64,000 bases of DNA from Candidatus Omnitrophota bacterium (GTDB taxonomy: Bacteria; Omnitrophota; Gorgyraeia; Zapsychrales; Zapsychraceae), in NCBI GenBank assembly GCA_029261065.1, contig JAJDCB010000026.1, forward strand, positions 18,715 through 82,714, in the 5' to 3' direction. Position 1 is the stretch's first letter; each line of letters begins with the position of its first letter. Below are positions 1-10,027 of this stretch, one piece after another. The translations under genes and the position numbers were made by a program. Below the pieces are notes generated by a model, which saw only the letters and a program-made list of their open reading frames with translations, did no database searches and was not told where the DNA came from.

Positions 1-638
1 CAAACGAGGCCCCCATGGCTACAAGAAGAATGACAGCATCGCACAACCTTTCAAAATTTTCCGGAAGAGCCTTAGAAACATATTTTTGAAAAAGTTGTCT
101 AAAGAGTGGAGCCATTCCCATTTCTTTGTGTAGAGCATGTAAAAAAATTAAACCCGCATGATCAATCTGTTCTCCATCAACAGTGGGCGCCATTTGAAAA
201 CTACTTGCAACATCATCTTTTATGATTTGTGGTTTGAAAGTATCCTCGACGGAGTTTTGGGTAATTTCCTTCGAATGAACTTTCGGAGATTCTTTTAACT
301 TTGGTTTGGTTCTCGGCTTGTCCTTCTTCTCGATTTTTAAGGCGGCTTCTTCCGAGGGCTTAAATCCAAATTTTTTAAAAGTGGAAGAAAGTTGTTCCTT
401 TTTGGCTTGTGGGATAGTAAATTTTTTGGCGGCACTTACGTTTCTGCCGCGCCTTCCCACCGAACTACTAAGCTGTGATTTTTTTAAAATGGTATTAATC
501 GATGACTTTGAAACTTTTACCTCAAAACATTCATAGACCAGCTCTGAGAGTTTACGACAACTCACACCTGGATCATTTTTCTTTGTATCAACAATAAATG
601 ATACAACTTCATCTTTAAGTTTATATATAACACCCATA
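1..638 (-). CDS. Partial ORF running off the window start (stop not seen). N-terminal HTH-like segment; possible transposase-like or regulator protein
   Basis: Reverse-strand ATG at 636-638 gives MGVIYKLKDEVVSFIVDTKKNDPGVSCRKLSELVYECFEVKVSKSSINTILKK..., open through coordinate 1. It is absent from the ORF track only because it has no stop in the window. The +306..536 ORF lies inside it. Confidence 0.4.
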
Positions 639-712
639 ATTTAATACCTTACCAAAATTTTTTGCGATATACGATTCCGAGCTCTCTTCGAAAAAAGAAA
701 AATTGAGTTACT

Positions 713-1123
713 TTACTTGTCCTTCTTTTTAATTACGATGTGATCGCCCACAGAGGTTTTACTTGAAGAAATGACGCCAACGGGTAACTCAATGGCGTAA
801 TTAGCCTTCCAATATATGGCACTTAATCGATTAGGTTTAATATCATTAACTATACCTACCACATAATTTTCTTTATTAAGAAAAATAACATCAATAGAAA
901 ATTCCATAAAAAACATATGAATAGAATTACACTTTGTGATAATTAGGGCCTCATCCTTAAATAATTTCTTTCTCCCAAGCAATCCTTTCATACGTGTCCA
1001 AAAGGTGTTGGCGAGTAAGCCATTGTCGGCGAGAGATGTATTTTTGGTTTGGTTAAGAATTTGAAAGGATAAGTCTTTATGGCTTTGAGATGATTGTAAG
1101 TGGTTGCTCATTTGAAGCCACAC
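713..1123 (-). CDS. DUF192 (COG1430) family protein
   Basis: Motifs MKGLLGR...IHMFFM...IDVIFLNKENYVVGI...AIELPVGV...VGDHIV match the DUF192 pattern. Co-oriented immediately downstream of the cpaF-like gene. Confidence 0.55.
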   Translation of the reverse strand: MWLQMSNHLQSSQSHKDLSFQILNQTKNTSLADNGLLANTFWTRMKGLLGRKKLFKDEALIITKCNSIHMFFMEFSIDVIFLNKENYVVGIVNDIKPNRLSAIYWKANYAIELPVGVISSSKTSVGDHIVIKKKDK

Positions 1124-1198
1124 GCCTTTGAGGTTTTGGATAAATACTTGTGAGGCGCGATCCTTTTACTGTGGTTATTTTTTTTACGGAGGAAAAAG

Positions 1199-3370
1199 CT
1201 ACGAGTCTTTTTTGTTAAATATATTTTTATCCATTTGAAGACCTCGGGTAATAAAATCATCGTAACATTTTGGAATATAACCTGTGGTTTGATAATCACC
1301 CAAGACGACACCACCTTCACCAATGCCTGCCTGCTTATAAACAAAAACATCTGCAAGCTCCAATTGAAACTCTTTATCTAACCCAAGCGTTTCAGTAATT
1401 CCGGTAATTTTTCGTGTCCCATCAGACATCCTATTAACATGCACAACAATTTGAATAGCTGAGGAAATCATCTCGTTAATAGCACGAACGGGAAGCTCGA
1501 CACCACTTAACAAAATGAGAGAATGCAACCTTGTAATCGCATCTCTTGTGGAGTTGGCATGAAGGGTTGTCATGGATCCATCGTGCCCCGTGTTCATAGC
1601 TTGAAGCATATCTAAAACCTCGCCCCCTCGACACTCACCAATGAGGATTCGGTCCGGTCTCATACGAAGACTGTTAACAAATAAATCTCTAATAGTAACA
1701 GCACCTCGTCCTTCAACGTTCGGTGGACGAGTTTCTAACCGCCCCCAATGACTCTTTTTCAAACGTAACTCAGCAGCATCTTCAATGGTTAAAATACGTT
1801 CCTCGTCGGGGATAAATTCCGAGATAACATTAAGCAGGGTTGTCTTACCAGCACCCGTTCCCCCCGATACAATAATATTTTTTCGCGTCAAAACACACGC
1901 TTTAATAAAATCTCTCATATCAACCGTTAAACTTTTATATTTTTCTAATAAGTCTGTTGATTCTAATTTTTCATGAGCAAATTTTCGAATCGTAATCATA
2001 GGACCATTTAATGAAAGTGGTGGGATAATGGCATTAACACGAGATCCGTCGGGTAAACGGGCATCAACCATAGGTGTTGACTCATCAATTCTTCTTCCAA
2101 GAGGGGCGATGATTCTATCAATAATGGCTCTCATCTTGTCATTCGATATAAATTTTCTATTTGTAAAAACAAGCTTACCGCTTTTCTCAACGTAAATTGT
2201 GTCTTTATTGTTAGCCATAATATCCGTGACTTCTGGATCTGCCAAAAACTCCTCCAAAGGTCCTAAACCAAGGGCTTCATTAACGATATCCTTTACTAAA
2301 CGCGTCCGCTCATCGTGTGAACCTATGGTTCCCCCACTTTCTTCCAATAAAAGGTTTCCAACAATTTCTTCTGAACTCTTCTTAACTTTTAGAGCGGCAC
2401 TCGGATCGCTTAATGTATCAATCGTAATACCATCTAAATTCAATCTTTCGACGAGCTTTTCATGAATTTTTTGTTTGAGTGCGAAAATTTCGGATTCTTC
2501 TGTTGTATACCCCGCATCCGGTCCCGGTCCCGAAGGTACACCTGTGGTAACACCAAACTTTTGCCAAAATTTATCTGGTTGCTCTAAACCTTCTGTTGTT
2601 CGTAATGTTTCGGTATCCGCTGGCTTTACAAAAATGGCTTCCTTAATTAGCATACTAATTGTTTTAACAAAAGCCTCTGTAACTTTACTTCGAGGGCTAT
2701 CAACGACACAAGGAATCCCTTGATTTAATGCAATTCCAACCGTTTTACCATCAGATGGAATGTGACTAAATATTTCACAAGGCAAGGCCGAACGCACTTC
2801 CTGCCAGGCAACACTACCTCGAGATTCAGAACGATTTAAGATAAGCTTAACCATCTTTAGAGGATATTGTAAGTTTTGCAAAACCTCCAAACACCACTTT
2901 ATTTGGTAAACAGCAAGAATGTCTGGGGTTGCGATTAGAAGAATGAGGTTGGAGTAATCAAGAACAGCAATCAAGTTTTCTGAAAAAGACTTACCTGCGT
3001 CGACAAAAATGTAATCATAGGCAGTGATAGCTTTTTTAAAAAATAATTTTATATTGTCTGGAGTAACTAAACTAATTTGTTGAGCATTTTTTATAGCTGG
3101 TAGGAAATCTATACCGCAGGAATGGGTTGTTACAAAACTTTTAACAGCATTTGGATCATCATTGCCTTCCAGTTGTCCTATGACATCAGCGATGCAATTT
3201 CTGGGTGATAAATTAAGCATGCGAGCCATGTCTTGGCTAGCCTGAAAATCAAGATCTATTAAAAGAACTTTTTTCCCTGTTAAGGACATTGCTGCCGCTA
3301 GATTAACAGTTGCAAAGGTCTTTCCAACACCCCCCTTAGAACTAAATATTGTTATAATTTTACAATCCAT
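1199..3370 (-). CDS. Fusion protein: N-terminal ParA/MinD-like (TadZ/CpaE-like) P-loop ATPase plus C-terminal CpaF/TadA (VirB11/GspE superfamily) secretion ATPase
   Basis: N-terminus has the deviant Walker [12 protein letters not shown] Gly/Pro linker follows ([14 protein letters not shown]). The C-terminal half has Walker [13 protein letters not shown] plus [18 protein letters not shown] and [14 protein letters not shown] motifs typical of CpaF/TadA. Confidence 0.8.
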   Translation of the reverse strand: MDCKIITIFSSKGGVGKTFATVNLAAAMSLTGKKVLLIDLDFQASQDMARMLNLSPRNCIADVIGQLEGNDDPNAVKSFVTTHSCGIDFLPAIKNAQQISLVTPDNIKLFFKKAITAYDYIFVDAGKSFSENLIAVLDYSNLILLIATPDILAVYQIKWCLEVLQNLQYPLKMVKLILNRSESRGSVAWQEVRSALPCEIFSHIPSDGKTVGIALNQGIPCVVDSPRSKVTEAFVKTISMLIKEAIFVKPADTETLRTTEGLEQPDKFWQKFGVTTGVPSGPGPDAGYTTEESEIFALKQKIHEKLVERLNLDGITIDTLSDPSAALKVKKSSEEIVGNLLLEESGGTIGSHDERTRLVKDIVNEALGLGPLEEFLADPEVTDIMANNKDTIYVEKSGKLVFTNRKFISNDKMRAIIDRIIAPLGRRIDESTPMVDARLPDGSRVNAIIPPLSLNGPMITIRKFAHEKLESTDLLEKYKSLTVDMRDFIKACVLTRKNIIVSGGTGAGKTTLLNVISEFIPDEERILTIEDAAELRLKKSHWGRLETRPPNVEGRGAVTIRDLFVNSLRMRPDRILIGECRGGEVLDMLQAMNTGHDGSMTTLHANSTRDAITRLHSLILLSGVELPVRAINEMISSAIQIVVHVNRMSDGTRKITGITETLGLDKEFQLELADVFVYKQAGIGEGGVVLGDYQTTGYIPKCYDDFITRGLQMDKNIFNKKDS

Positions 3371-3519
3371 AATCTAAAATTATGTTACAAACCTTTTGTT
3401 ATAATTGACTACTCATTTTTGATTTATATAATCTATCAAATGCGCAGTCTCTTTGCAAGTACGTTGTCTTCTTAGGTAAAAAGCTAGAAATTTCAGGTCT
3501 CTTTATAACAAATTAAATA

Positions 3520-5184
3520 CTAATTTTTTTGTAAACTATAAACAATAGGTATAGTGACATTTAATTCTTGCAGATCGGAGTTGGCGGGAAAACTAGAAAA
3601 TGGAGCAGAATTTTTTGCTGTTTCTAAAGCAATATCATCAAAAATATTGCGACCCGAAGATTCTTTAACCAAAGCAAAAGCAAGTGTTCCATCGTTAAGA
3701 ATAAGCATTCCAACCTTGACTGTTCCTTCCCATCCGTACCTTAAGGCTTCTTCTGGATAAACAACGCCTTTAGATATTTGTTTCTGAATGCTTCGCACAT
3801 AGGCTGTCATTTCGCGGGGAATCCCAGAATAATAAGGGGCAACATCTTTTATCGTTGGCGTCGCTAATCTTTGCGACTGAGAACTTTCATTACCCATCAT
3901 GGATGTCTTTGCGTTATCATCACTTTGTTCGTTATTATCTTCTTTTTCTGTAGATAAATCATTACGATACTTATGTAAAATACGAGGCGTTAGTGAAATA
4001 ACGATTTCCGTATCTGTTTCCGGCGTTGGCATAGATTTGCTACGGAAGAGAGCTCCGACGACAGGTACATTTCCTAGGAAAGGAACCTTTTTAATGCTCT
4101 CAGAACGTAATTCTCTAATTAATCCGGCCATAATAGTTGTTTGCCCATCGTCCAAAAATAAATGTGTCTGAGCACTTCTTGTGACAAAGGCGACATCATC
4201 ACCAACGGCATTGGCAGCATCAATATCGCTAATTTCAACACTCATTGAAATGTCAATTTTTTCTTTAATAATCGTTGGTGTAATCGACATAGATACACCA
4301 TATTCTTTATAAGCAACATTTGCTGATGTAACACCTTCAGATGTTGTGGTTGTTCTTACAGGAACTTCTCCACCTACTAAAAATGTTGCCTGCTCGCCAC
4401 TACTAACAAGTAGTTTTGGCTTTGACAACACTCGTCCTTTTCCTTCTTCTAATAAGGCATTAATTACGGACAATAAAGGCGTTGTGCGTCTAAAATCACC
4501 GATTTTAAAATAATCTGAAACGGAACCATCTAGGCTTGGCAATGTTTCCGCATATTTTAATATAATTCTACTATCGGCACCTGTTGACCAATCAAAACCT
4601 AAACTTTTAGTCAGAGTCGTATTAAGCTCTGTTACCTGCATATTAATTTCAAGTAAGTCGTCAATTTCTTCAAGTTTTGCCAGGTTTATAATATGATCGT
4701 CAAAAGGCGTTAAGATTTGATCTAAGTGATCTTCTCTATGTTCTGGAATGTACCCAGAAACAATAATTCGTCCTTCTTTTTTATTTATGTCTAAATCAAT
4801 CTTCGTAATTCTCGCGGAATCCAAAAGTTTTTGAATTCTCTTTTTAATATACTCTAGATCTTCTGCTGTTACATTAATGACAATTGGTCTCTTTCCATTT
4901 TCATCCCAAACAAATAAAGTTGTAATACCAACACTTTGCGCGACAAGTAAAATTTCATTGTCGTCGGCATCAACAATGTCGACAATATCTGGATCTGTTA
5001 TAGAAAGTCTTGTTAAGGTGTATACCTTTAATGTCACAAGTTCACCTTTGACCATTTGAACTTCATTTATATAGACGGTATCTATAACCTCGCTAAGTGC
5101 GTTTTTAGCAAGAAATGGCGCTGATACCATTGTGAGGACGATTAAAAAAGTAAAAAAGATCTGAGTATACGAATGTTTTTTCAT
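3520..5184 (-). CDS. CpaC/RcpA-type secretin with a C-terminal TonB_C-like domain
   Basis: Signal peptide, then a pilus-formation N-terminal (BON-like) region. Secretin core (KPKLLVSSGEQATFLVGGEVPV...). C-terminal ~95 aa has the TonB C-terminal pattern (YPEEALRYGWEGTVKVGMLILNDGTL...VKESSGRNIFDDIALETAKNSAPFSSFP...IPIVYSL). Confidence 0.75.
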   Translation of the reverse strand: MKKHSYTQIFFTFLIVLTMVSAPFLAKNALSEVIDTVYINEVQMVKGELVTLKVYTLTRLSITDPDIVDIVDADDNEILLVAQSVGITTLFVWDENGKRPIVINVTAEDLEYIKKRIQKLLDSARITKIDLDINKKEGRIIVSGYIPEHREDHLDQILTPFDDHIINLAKLEEIDDLLEINMQVTELNTTLTKSLGFDWSTGADSRIILKYAETLPSLDGSVSDYFKIGDFRRTTPLLSVINALLEEGKGRVLSKPKLLVSSGEQATFLVGGEVPVRTTTTSEGVTSANVAYKEYGVSMSITPTIIKEKIDISMSVEISDIDAANAVGDDVAFVTRSAQTHLFLDDGQTTIMAGLIRELRSESIKKVPFLGNVPVVGALFRSKSMPTPETDTEIVISLTPRILHKYRNDLSTEKEDNNEQSDDNAKTSMMGNESSQSQRLATPTIKDVAPYYSGIPREMTAYVRSIQKQISKGVVYPEEALRYGWEGTVKVGMLILNDGTLAFALVKESSGRNIFDDIALETAKNSAPFSSFPANSDLQELNVTIPIVYSLQKN

Positions 5185-5187
5185 GGT

Positions 5188-6033
5188 TTACAACTCTCTT
5201 CCTGCTCTAAAAATTTGAATGAATGGTTCCACTTCATCAGAATCATCGTCAGAAACCTCATTGACCACGATACTAGATTTTGGTAGATCCAACTCTGTTC
5301 CTTGTCTCTCAAGAACATAATCTGCAAGAGCATCCCAAGAGGCAACTTGCATTTCTTTAGTGGACCTTTCAGAAGGGGACCTTAGTGTTAATTGTAGGCG
5401 TCCAAAAGACTGCGCAAAGGATAGAAGCGAGGCTTCTTCTGGATTAACGGCAAGTGTTACATTTAATTGTTTAGTTTGTTGTTGTGTTTGATAGAGTACG
5501 GCGTTTCCAACGGGCTTAAAATTTGCCCCAACAGCAAGGACTTGAACATTTTGAAATAACACACTTGTTACTTTTGTGTTATCTTGTGATTCGCCTGGTT
5601 TAGGAATTTTTAAATGGCCAATGATGTCAACAAAATCACCTGGATTAATCAAACCGCCAACCGCAGACAACGAATCAAGCAATACGGTCATCGCTCGTTT
5701 CCCAGGCGGAGTTACTACTGAGAAAACAGTGCTGTCGACTATTTCTTTTGGTGCTCCCGGACCAACATTACCTGCTCCACGTGGTTGGGAGGCGAGATGT
5801 TTTTGTTGTTTTGCTAAAGAAACTTGATTTTGTTCTAACTTCTTTAGTTGTCCTCTTAATCCTTCAAATTCTTGAATAATTTTAGAGCTTTTCTTCTCAT
5901 AATTTTTTACGATAATCTTACGTTGTTCGTCAATACTACTCTTAACATATTGTGCTGTTAAATAGGCTGCAACCAAACCTAATCCTATCGCTAAAGCTAA
6001 TGTTGCAAACTGTTTTTTATTTTCAATATTCAT
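5188..6033 (-). CDS. CpaB/RcpC-like Flp pilus assembly protein
   Basis: N-terminal TM segment, coiled coil, and a C-terminal RcpC-like region (...LNVTLAVNPEEASLLSFAQSFGRLQLTLRSP). Stop overlaps the cpaC start (translational coupling). Confidence 0.55.
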   Translation of the reverse strand: MNIENKKQFATLALAIGLGLVAAYLTAQYVKSSIDEQRKIIVKNYEKKSSKIIQEFEGLRGQLKKLEQNQVSLAKQQKHLASQPRGAGNVGPGAPKEIVDSTVFSVVTPPGKRAMTVLLDSLSAVGGLINPGDFVDIIGHLKIPKPGESQDNTKVTSVLFQNVQVLAVGANFKPVGNAVLYQTQQQTKQLNVTLAVNPEEASLLSFAQSFGRLQLTLRSPSERSTKEMQVASWDALADYVLERQGTELDLPKSSIVVNEVSDDDSDEVEPFIQIFRAGREL

Positions 6034-6088
6034 AACATAAACCTCTTTACGTAAACTTTAAGATATTTGGACTGCCAAGAACATTAAT

Positions 6089-7048
6089 CTATTTCAATAG
6101 ATCGCTGTTTATCTCTACAGAACCTTTTTCTCTTAATTCATTGATATATTCAAGGATCACTTTTTGCTGCTTATCCAACGTAATTTGCTGAATAATTGTA
6201 TTTTTAACCTCTTCAAAAGGAATCTGTTCTCCGCCTTGCTTATCTTCCAGCTTAATGATGTAGTAACCATCCGGACCTTGAAAAACATCACTTGTCTCTC
6301 CCTCACTAAGAGCTAATAAAGGAGCAGCCATTTGCTCAAAAGGAACATCATTAATAAAACCCAAATCTCCGCCCTTAAGCGACGTGTCACTTTTTGAGTG
6401 CTCTCTTGCTAAAGATGCAAAGTCTTCACCACTTTGGATTTTTAACTTTATCTCATTTGCTTTGGATTCGGAATCGAGCTTGATTTCGCGAACTTGCCAT
6501 TGCCCAGGCTGTGTTATTAAATCTTTGTTGAGATCATAAAACTCTCTGGCCTCATCGCTCGATACTTTAACATCTTCGACAAGACCTCGAGCAAGTTCTC
6601 TAACAATAACTGTTCGGCGAAATTCTTCGACTGCGGCGACAATATCTTTACTATTGGCTAAGCCTGATCTTTCGGCCTCATTAACTAATAGCTGTTGTCT
6701 TACCAACTCTTCTAAGACTAACTCGCGAGCTTCTAAATTTGAAAGATCAAAATCTGGAACAACTTCTTTTAAGGCTTCTAGCCTATCATTAAATTCTTCT
6801 AAGGTTAAAGACCAATTGCCAACAACCGCAACCGTGTTGCCTGTTAAGGTAGGTTGACTTTTAGCTTTTTCTTTCGGTGCTTCGGACTGTTGTTTTTCTT
6901 CCTTGGCAGTATTCTTTTCTTCTGTTTTGGAAAAACGATCTTTGATGCTTTTAAAAACTTCACAACCCAACGAGCTTGTAACTGTAATAAAGCAAAAAAG
7001 AATTAAAAATGCGTGGTACTTGTGGTGCCCAATTTTATTCTTTTTCAT
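6089..7048 (-). CDS. Secreted parvulin-type peptidyl-prolyl cis-trans isomerase (SurA/PrsA-like)
   Basis: Signal peptide. The rotamase domain has FASLAREHSKSDTSLKGGDLGF...DVFQGPDGYYIIKL. First gene of the minus-strand cpaB-cpaC cluster. Confidence 0.7.
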   Translation of the reverse strand: MKKNKIGHHKYHAFLILFCFITVTSSLGCEVFKSIKDRFSKTEEKNTAKEEKQQSEAPKEKAKSQPTLTGNTVAVVGNWSLTLEEFNDRLEALKEVVPDFDLSNLEARELVLEELVRQQLLVNEAERSGLANSKDIVAAVEEFRRTVIVRELARGLVEDVKVSSDEAREFYDLNKDLITQPGQWQVREIKLDSESKANEIKLKIQSGEDFASLAREHSKSDTSLKGGDLGFINDVPFEQMAAPLLALSEGETSDVFQGPDGYYIIKLEDKQGGEQIPFEEVKNTIIQQITLDKQQKVILEYINELREKGSVEINSDLLK

Positions 7049-7428
7049 TTTTTAAAACCTGTTTCTTTCTATAAATCGGTCATATATGACTGTTTAGGTC
7101 AATAATATTATTAAGTATACCCGCTCGATCAGCAAAAGACAAGGGCAATCCAGAAAATTCATATTTTTTCTGGAAATACCTCACCGAATTCGATAAAAAT
7201 TCCCCTTCTGATTGAATTCGCCCTATCATTTACCCGAGTAATTATAATTTTAATGGAAAATTATGCTCTTGTCATCATAAAATGCCTATTTTTTGAGCAA
7301 GAAAATCGCCGACAGAGATAACTTTAGGTGTATTTTTGGTGCCGATAGGAAGATATTACAATTTTTATACTTTCCTATACGGCAAAAAATTCTATTCCAA
7401 AATAAAATAATTCGTGATTTTGAACCCC

Positions 7429-8415
7429 TTAAGTCAAAAGCTCTTTAACCGCCTCTCTTTCAGAAATGAGCTCCTTATGTGTCACGTCAATTTTCTGCTG
7501 AGAGAAATCATTATGCTCTACTCCTTGGACAACCTCCCATTTTTCTCCATCTGTTCGAATAGGATAACTAAAGATTAGCCCTTCCTCCACACCATAGCTT
7601 CCATCCGAACATACTGCAACAGAGAAGCTTTCGCCACTTTTGGTGGGAGTAGATAGATTACGAACGGTGTCAACAACAGCATTAGCCGCTGAGGCCGCTG
7701 ATGATAGCCCTCGCGCTGCTATGATAGCCGCACCGCGTTTCTGTACGGTCTCTAGAAACTCCGTTTGAAGCCAATTCTCATCCGTAATGACCTCATTAGC
7801 CGGCTTGCCCCCAATCATGGCATTATAAATATCGGGGTATTGCGTTGCAGAATGATTGCCCCAGATAATGAGATTTTTGATCTCTGTGACATCCACCTGT
7901 GCCTTTTGCGAAATTTGAGCATATGCTCTATTTTGGTCAAGCATGGTCAGAGCAAACACATTTTTGGGGTCAATATTCTTAGCGGCATGTTTTGCAATGA
8001 AAGCGTTTGTGTTGCAAGGGTTTCCAACAACTAGCACCTTACAGCTTGGCTTAGCATTATCGGAAATGGCCTTTCCCTGGGCTGTAAATATGCCCCCGTT
8101 TATTTTAAGCAGATCGCCACGCTCCATACCAGCCTTTCTTGGAACACTTCCAACCAACAAGCACCAATCAGCATCCTTAAAGGCCACATTAGCATCAGCA
8201 CTTTGGGTAACGCTCTTTAATAAAGGGAAGGAGCAATCATCTAATTCCATGACAACCCCTTTTAAAGCTGGAAGGGCGGCCTCCAATTCCAGCAGATTAA
8301 GATGGACTTCTGTATCCGCTCCAAACATCTGGCCTGAAGCAATTCTAAATAATAACGCATATCCAATTTGTCCGGCAGATCCCGTGACAGCAACTCTTAC
8401 TGACTTCTTCGACAT
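7429..8415 (-). CDS. mdh: Malate dehydrogenase (NAD-dependent, LDH-like/cytosolic type 2 family)
   Basis: [21 protein letters not shown] Rossmann motif and IWGNHS catalytic region. Confidence 0.85.
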   Translation of the reverse strand: MSKKSVRVAVTGSAGQIGYALLFRIASGQMFGADTEVHLNLLELEAALPALKGVVMELDDCSFPLLKSVTQSADANVAFKDADWCLLVGSVPRKAGMERGDLLKINGGIFTAQGKAISDNAKPSCKVLVVGNPCNTNAFIAKHAAKNIDPKNVFALTMLDQNRAYAQISQKAQVDVTEIKNLIIWGNHSATQYPDIYNAMIGGKPANEVITDENWLQTEFLETVQKRGAAIIAARGLSSAASAANAVVDTVRNLSTPTKSGESFSVAVCSDGSYGVEEGLIFSYPIRTDGEKWEVVQGVEHNDFSQQKIDVTHKELISEREAVKELLT

Positions 8416-8465
8416 TTCTTTCTCCTTTTGATAATACTGATAATGTTGTGCTTACTACATTTATT

Positions 8466-8501
8466 TAGGAATTTCGAAGCTTTAACAAAATTCCAGATTG
8501 G
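8466..8501. repeat. Intergenic hairpin repeat, family A copy 1 (TAGGAATTTCGAAGCTTTAaCaAAATTCCAGATTGG)
   Basis: Near-identical to copies at 41195 and 47792. Inverted-repeat stem GGAATTT/AAATTCC. Confidence 0.7.
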
Positions 8502-8555
8502 TTTAATGCCCCGTGGCTTGCTGCGGATAATTGAGTCCAAAGCTTACTTTTGGGT

Positions 8556-9362
8556 TCATACCCTTGATTTTCGAACACTAGGTAAAATCTTTCTACAACG
8601 CACCAATTCCTTCATATCCAATTTGGCATAGATGATCTCTTCTCTATTATTAGAAGCCTTCGCAAGAATCTCTCCCCAAGGGCTAACAATCATACTATTA
8701 CCATAAAGTTTAATCCCTCGATTGTCTGTGCCCAATTGATTTGGCGCCAAAACATAACAAAGGTTTTCAATAGCGCGAGCCCTAACTAATATTTTCCAAT
8801 GAGCTTCGCCTGTTTTTTGTGTAAAGGCGGAAGGGATCGCAAGGATGTGGGCCCCATCTTGTGCATAACTCTGATACAAATTAGGAAAACGCAAATCATA
8901 ACAAATAGAAAGTCCACATTTAAATTTATCAACTTTTGAAAGGGTTCGTTTTTTTCCTTTTAAAAAATTATTAGACTCCCTAATCTTTTTCTGGCCTAAC
9001 AGAGCATCAAACATATTTATCTTTCGATACTTTGCTTGAATCTGCCCCTTAGGATTGATTAAAAGAGATGTGTTGTAAACCTTTCTCTGTGTGGACACCT
9101 TTTCATAAATTGATCCTGCTAATACGTGTATTTTTCTTTTTTTAGCAAGGTCTTTTATGGGATTTATCGACGGGCCAGGTGTTGACTCTGCGATCGATTG
9201 CAATAAAGTTTTATTCGCTATTGCCCCGCGATAAGAGAAAACTTCCGGTAGTAAAATAAATTTTGCGCGAGCATCAGCCGCTCGATTAATAAAGTCTAGA
9301 GCTTTATCGATATTTTTTTGTTTATTGTTCTGTGCATTTAGTTGTATCAAAGCTGTTTTCAT
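8556..9362 (-). CDS. Carbon-nitrogen hydrolase family protein (nitrilase/amidase superfamily)
   Basis: LPEVF (Glu), KINMFD (Lys) and ICYDLRFP (Cys) catalytic-triad contexts. Confidence 0.75.
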   Translation of the reverse strand: MKTALIQLNAQNNKQKNIDKALDFINRAADARAKFILLPEVFSYRGAIANKTLLQSIAESTPGPSINPIKDLAKKRKIHVLAGSIYEKVSTQRKVYNTSLLINPKGQIQAKYRKINMFDALLGQKKIRESNNFLKGKKRTLSKVDKFKCGLSICYDLRFPNLYQSYAQDGAHILAIPSAFTQKTGEAHWKILVRARAIENLCYVLAPNQLGTDNRGIKLYGNSMIVSPWGEILAKASNNREEIIYAKLDMKELVRCRKILPSVRKSRV

Positions 9363-9364
9363 AA

Positions 9365-10012
9365 TTAACCTTCTGTAAACTTCTTTAAGCTTTCACCGTA
9401 TGTCTCATGACACATGGCGTAGAAAGGTTCCTGTTTTAAAGAAACGCGCCACTGTGTAATATTTTTATATGCATTTAAATCAATCTGGCAGACATCAGCA
9501 GGATCTAACATAGCAAGAAGAGCCACGTCCGCTAAAGAAAAATCTTCTCCGGCTAAAAATGGTCTTTGAAATAGTTGCTGATCAATGGTTGGAAGATATT
9601 TTCCTAAAAACATAACGCCATCCTTTAAAGATTGTTCATCAATTTTCTTTCCAATAATTTTGGCAAAAACACGATTAAATAAAACCTTTCCGACGGGAAT
9701 ACCAATATGAAAGGCCGAGAAGTCTGACCATTGATCAACAATCGCCCTTTTTTCTGGATCTACAGGATAAATGGATGACCCTATCTTATCTGCCAGATAT
9801 CTACAGATAACACCGCTCTCAAATAAAACAAAACCATTGTCATCGATAACAGGTATCTTCCCAAACGGGTTCAACTCTAAGAATTCAGGTTTACGATTAT
9901 CGCCTTCCTTGATCCGAATGCGTATATATTCATATTCCATTCCTAAATAATTGGCAACTAATCGTACTCGAATAGCTGGTGCGGATAAATCTGCGCCATA
10001 AATTTTTAACAT
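9365..10012 (-). CDS. Glutathione S-transferase family protein
   Basis: N-terminal thioredoxin-like GST fold (KIYGADLSAP...ELNPFGKIPVIDDNGFVLFESGVICRYL). Confidence 0.7.
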   Translation of the reverse strand: MLKIYGADLSAPAIRVRLVANYLGMEYEYIRIRIKEGDNRKPEFLELNPFGKIPVIDDNGFVLFESGVICRYLADKIGSSIYPVDPEKRAIVDQWSDFSAFHIGIPVGKVLFNRVFAKIIGKKIDEQSLKDGVMFLGKYLPTIDQQLFQRPFLAGEDFSLADVALLAMLDPADVCQIDLNAYKNITQWRVSLKQEPFYAMCHETYGESLKKFTEG

Positions 10013-10027
10013 AATTAAATCTCCCTA

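Noticed and set aside
306-536. Plus-strand 76-aa ORF
   Set aside because: Lies entirely inside a longer, better-supported minus-strand ORF (<1..638) with a clean N-terminus; antisense artefact.
1108-1356. Minus-strand 82-aa ORF
   Set aside because: Alternate frame overlapping the 3' end of the cpaF fusion gene and the DUF192 start; no motifs.
3371-7428. Search for a small flp/pilin ORF in the cpaC-cpaF and PPIase-upstream spacers
   Set aside because: Hand translation of both spacers on the operon strand gave only ORFs under 25 aa, without a Flp G/XXXXEY motif or hydrophobic stretch.
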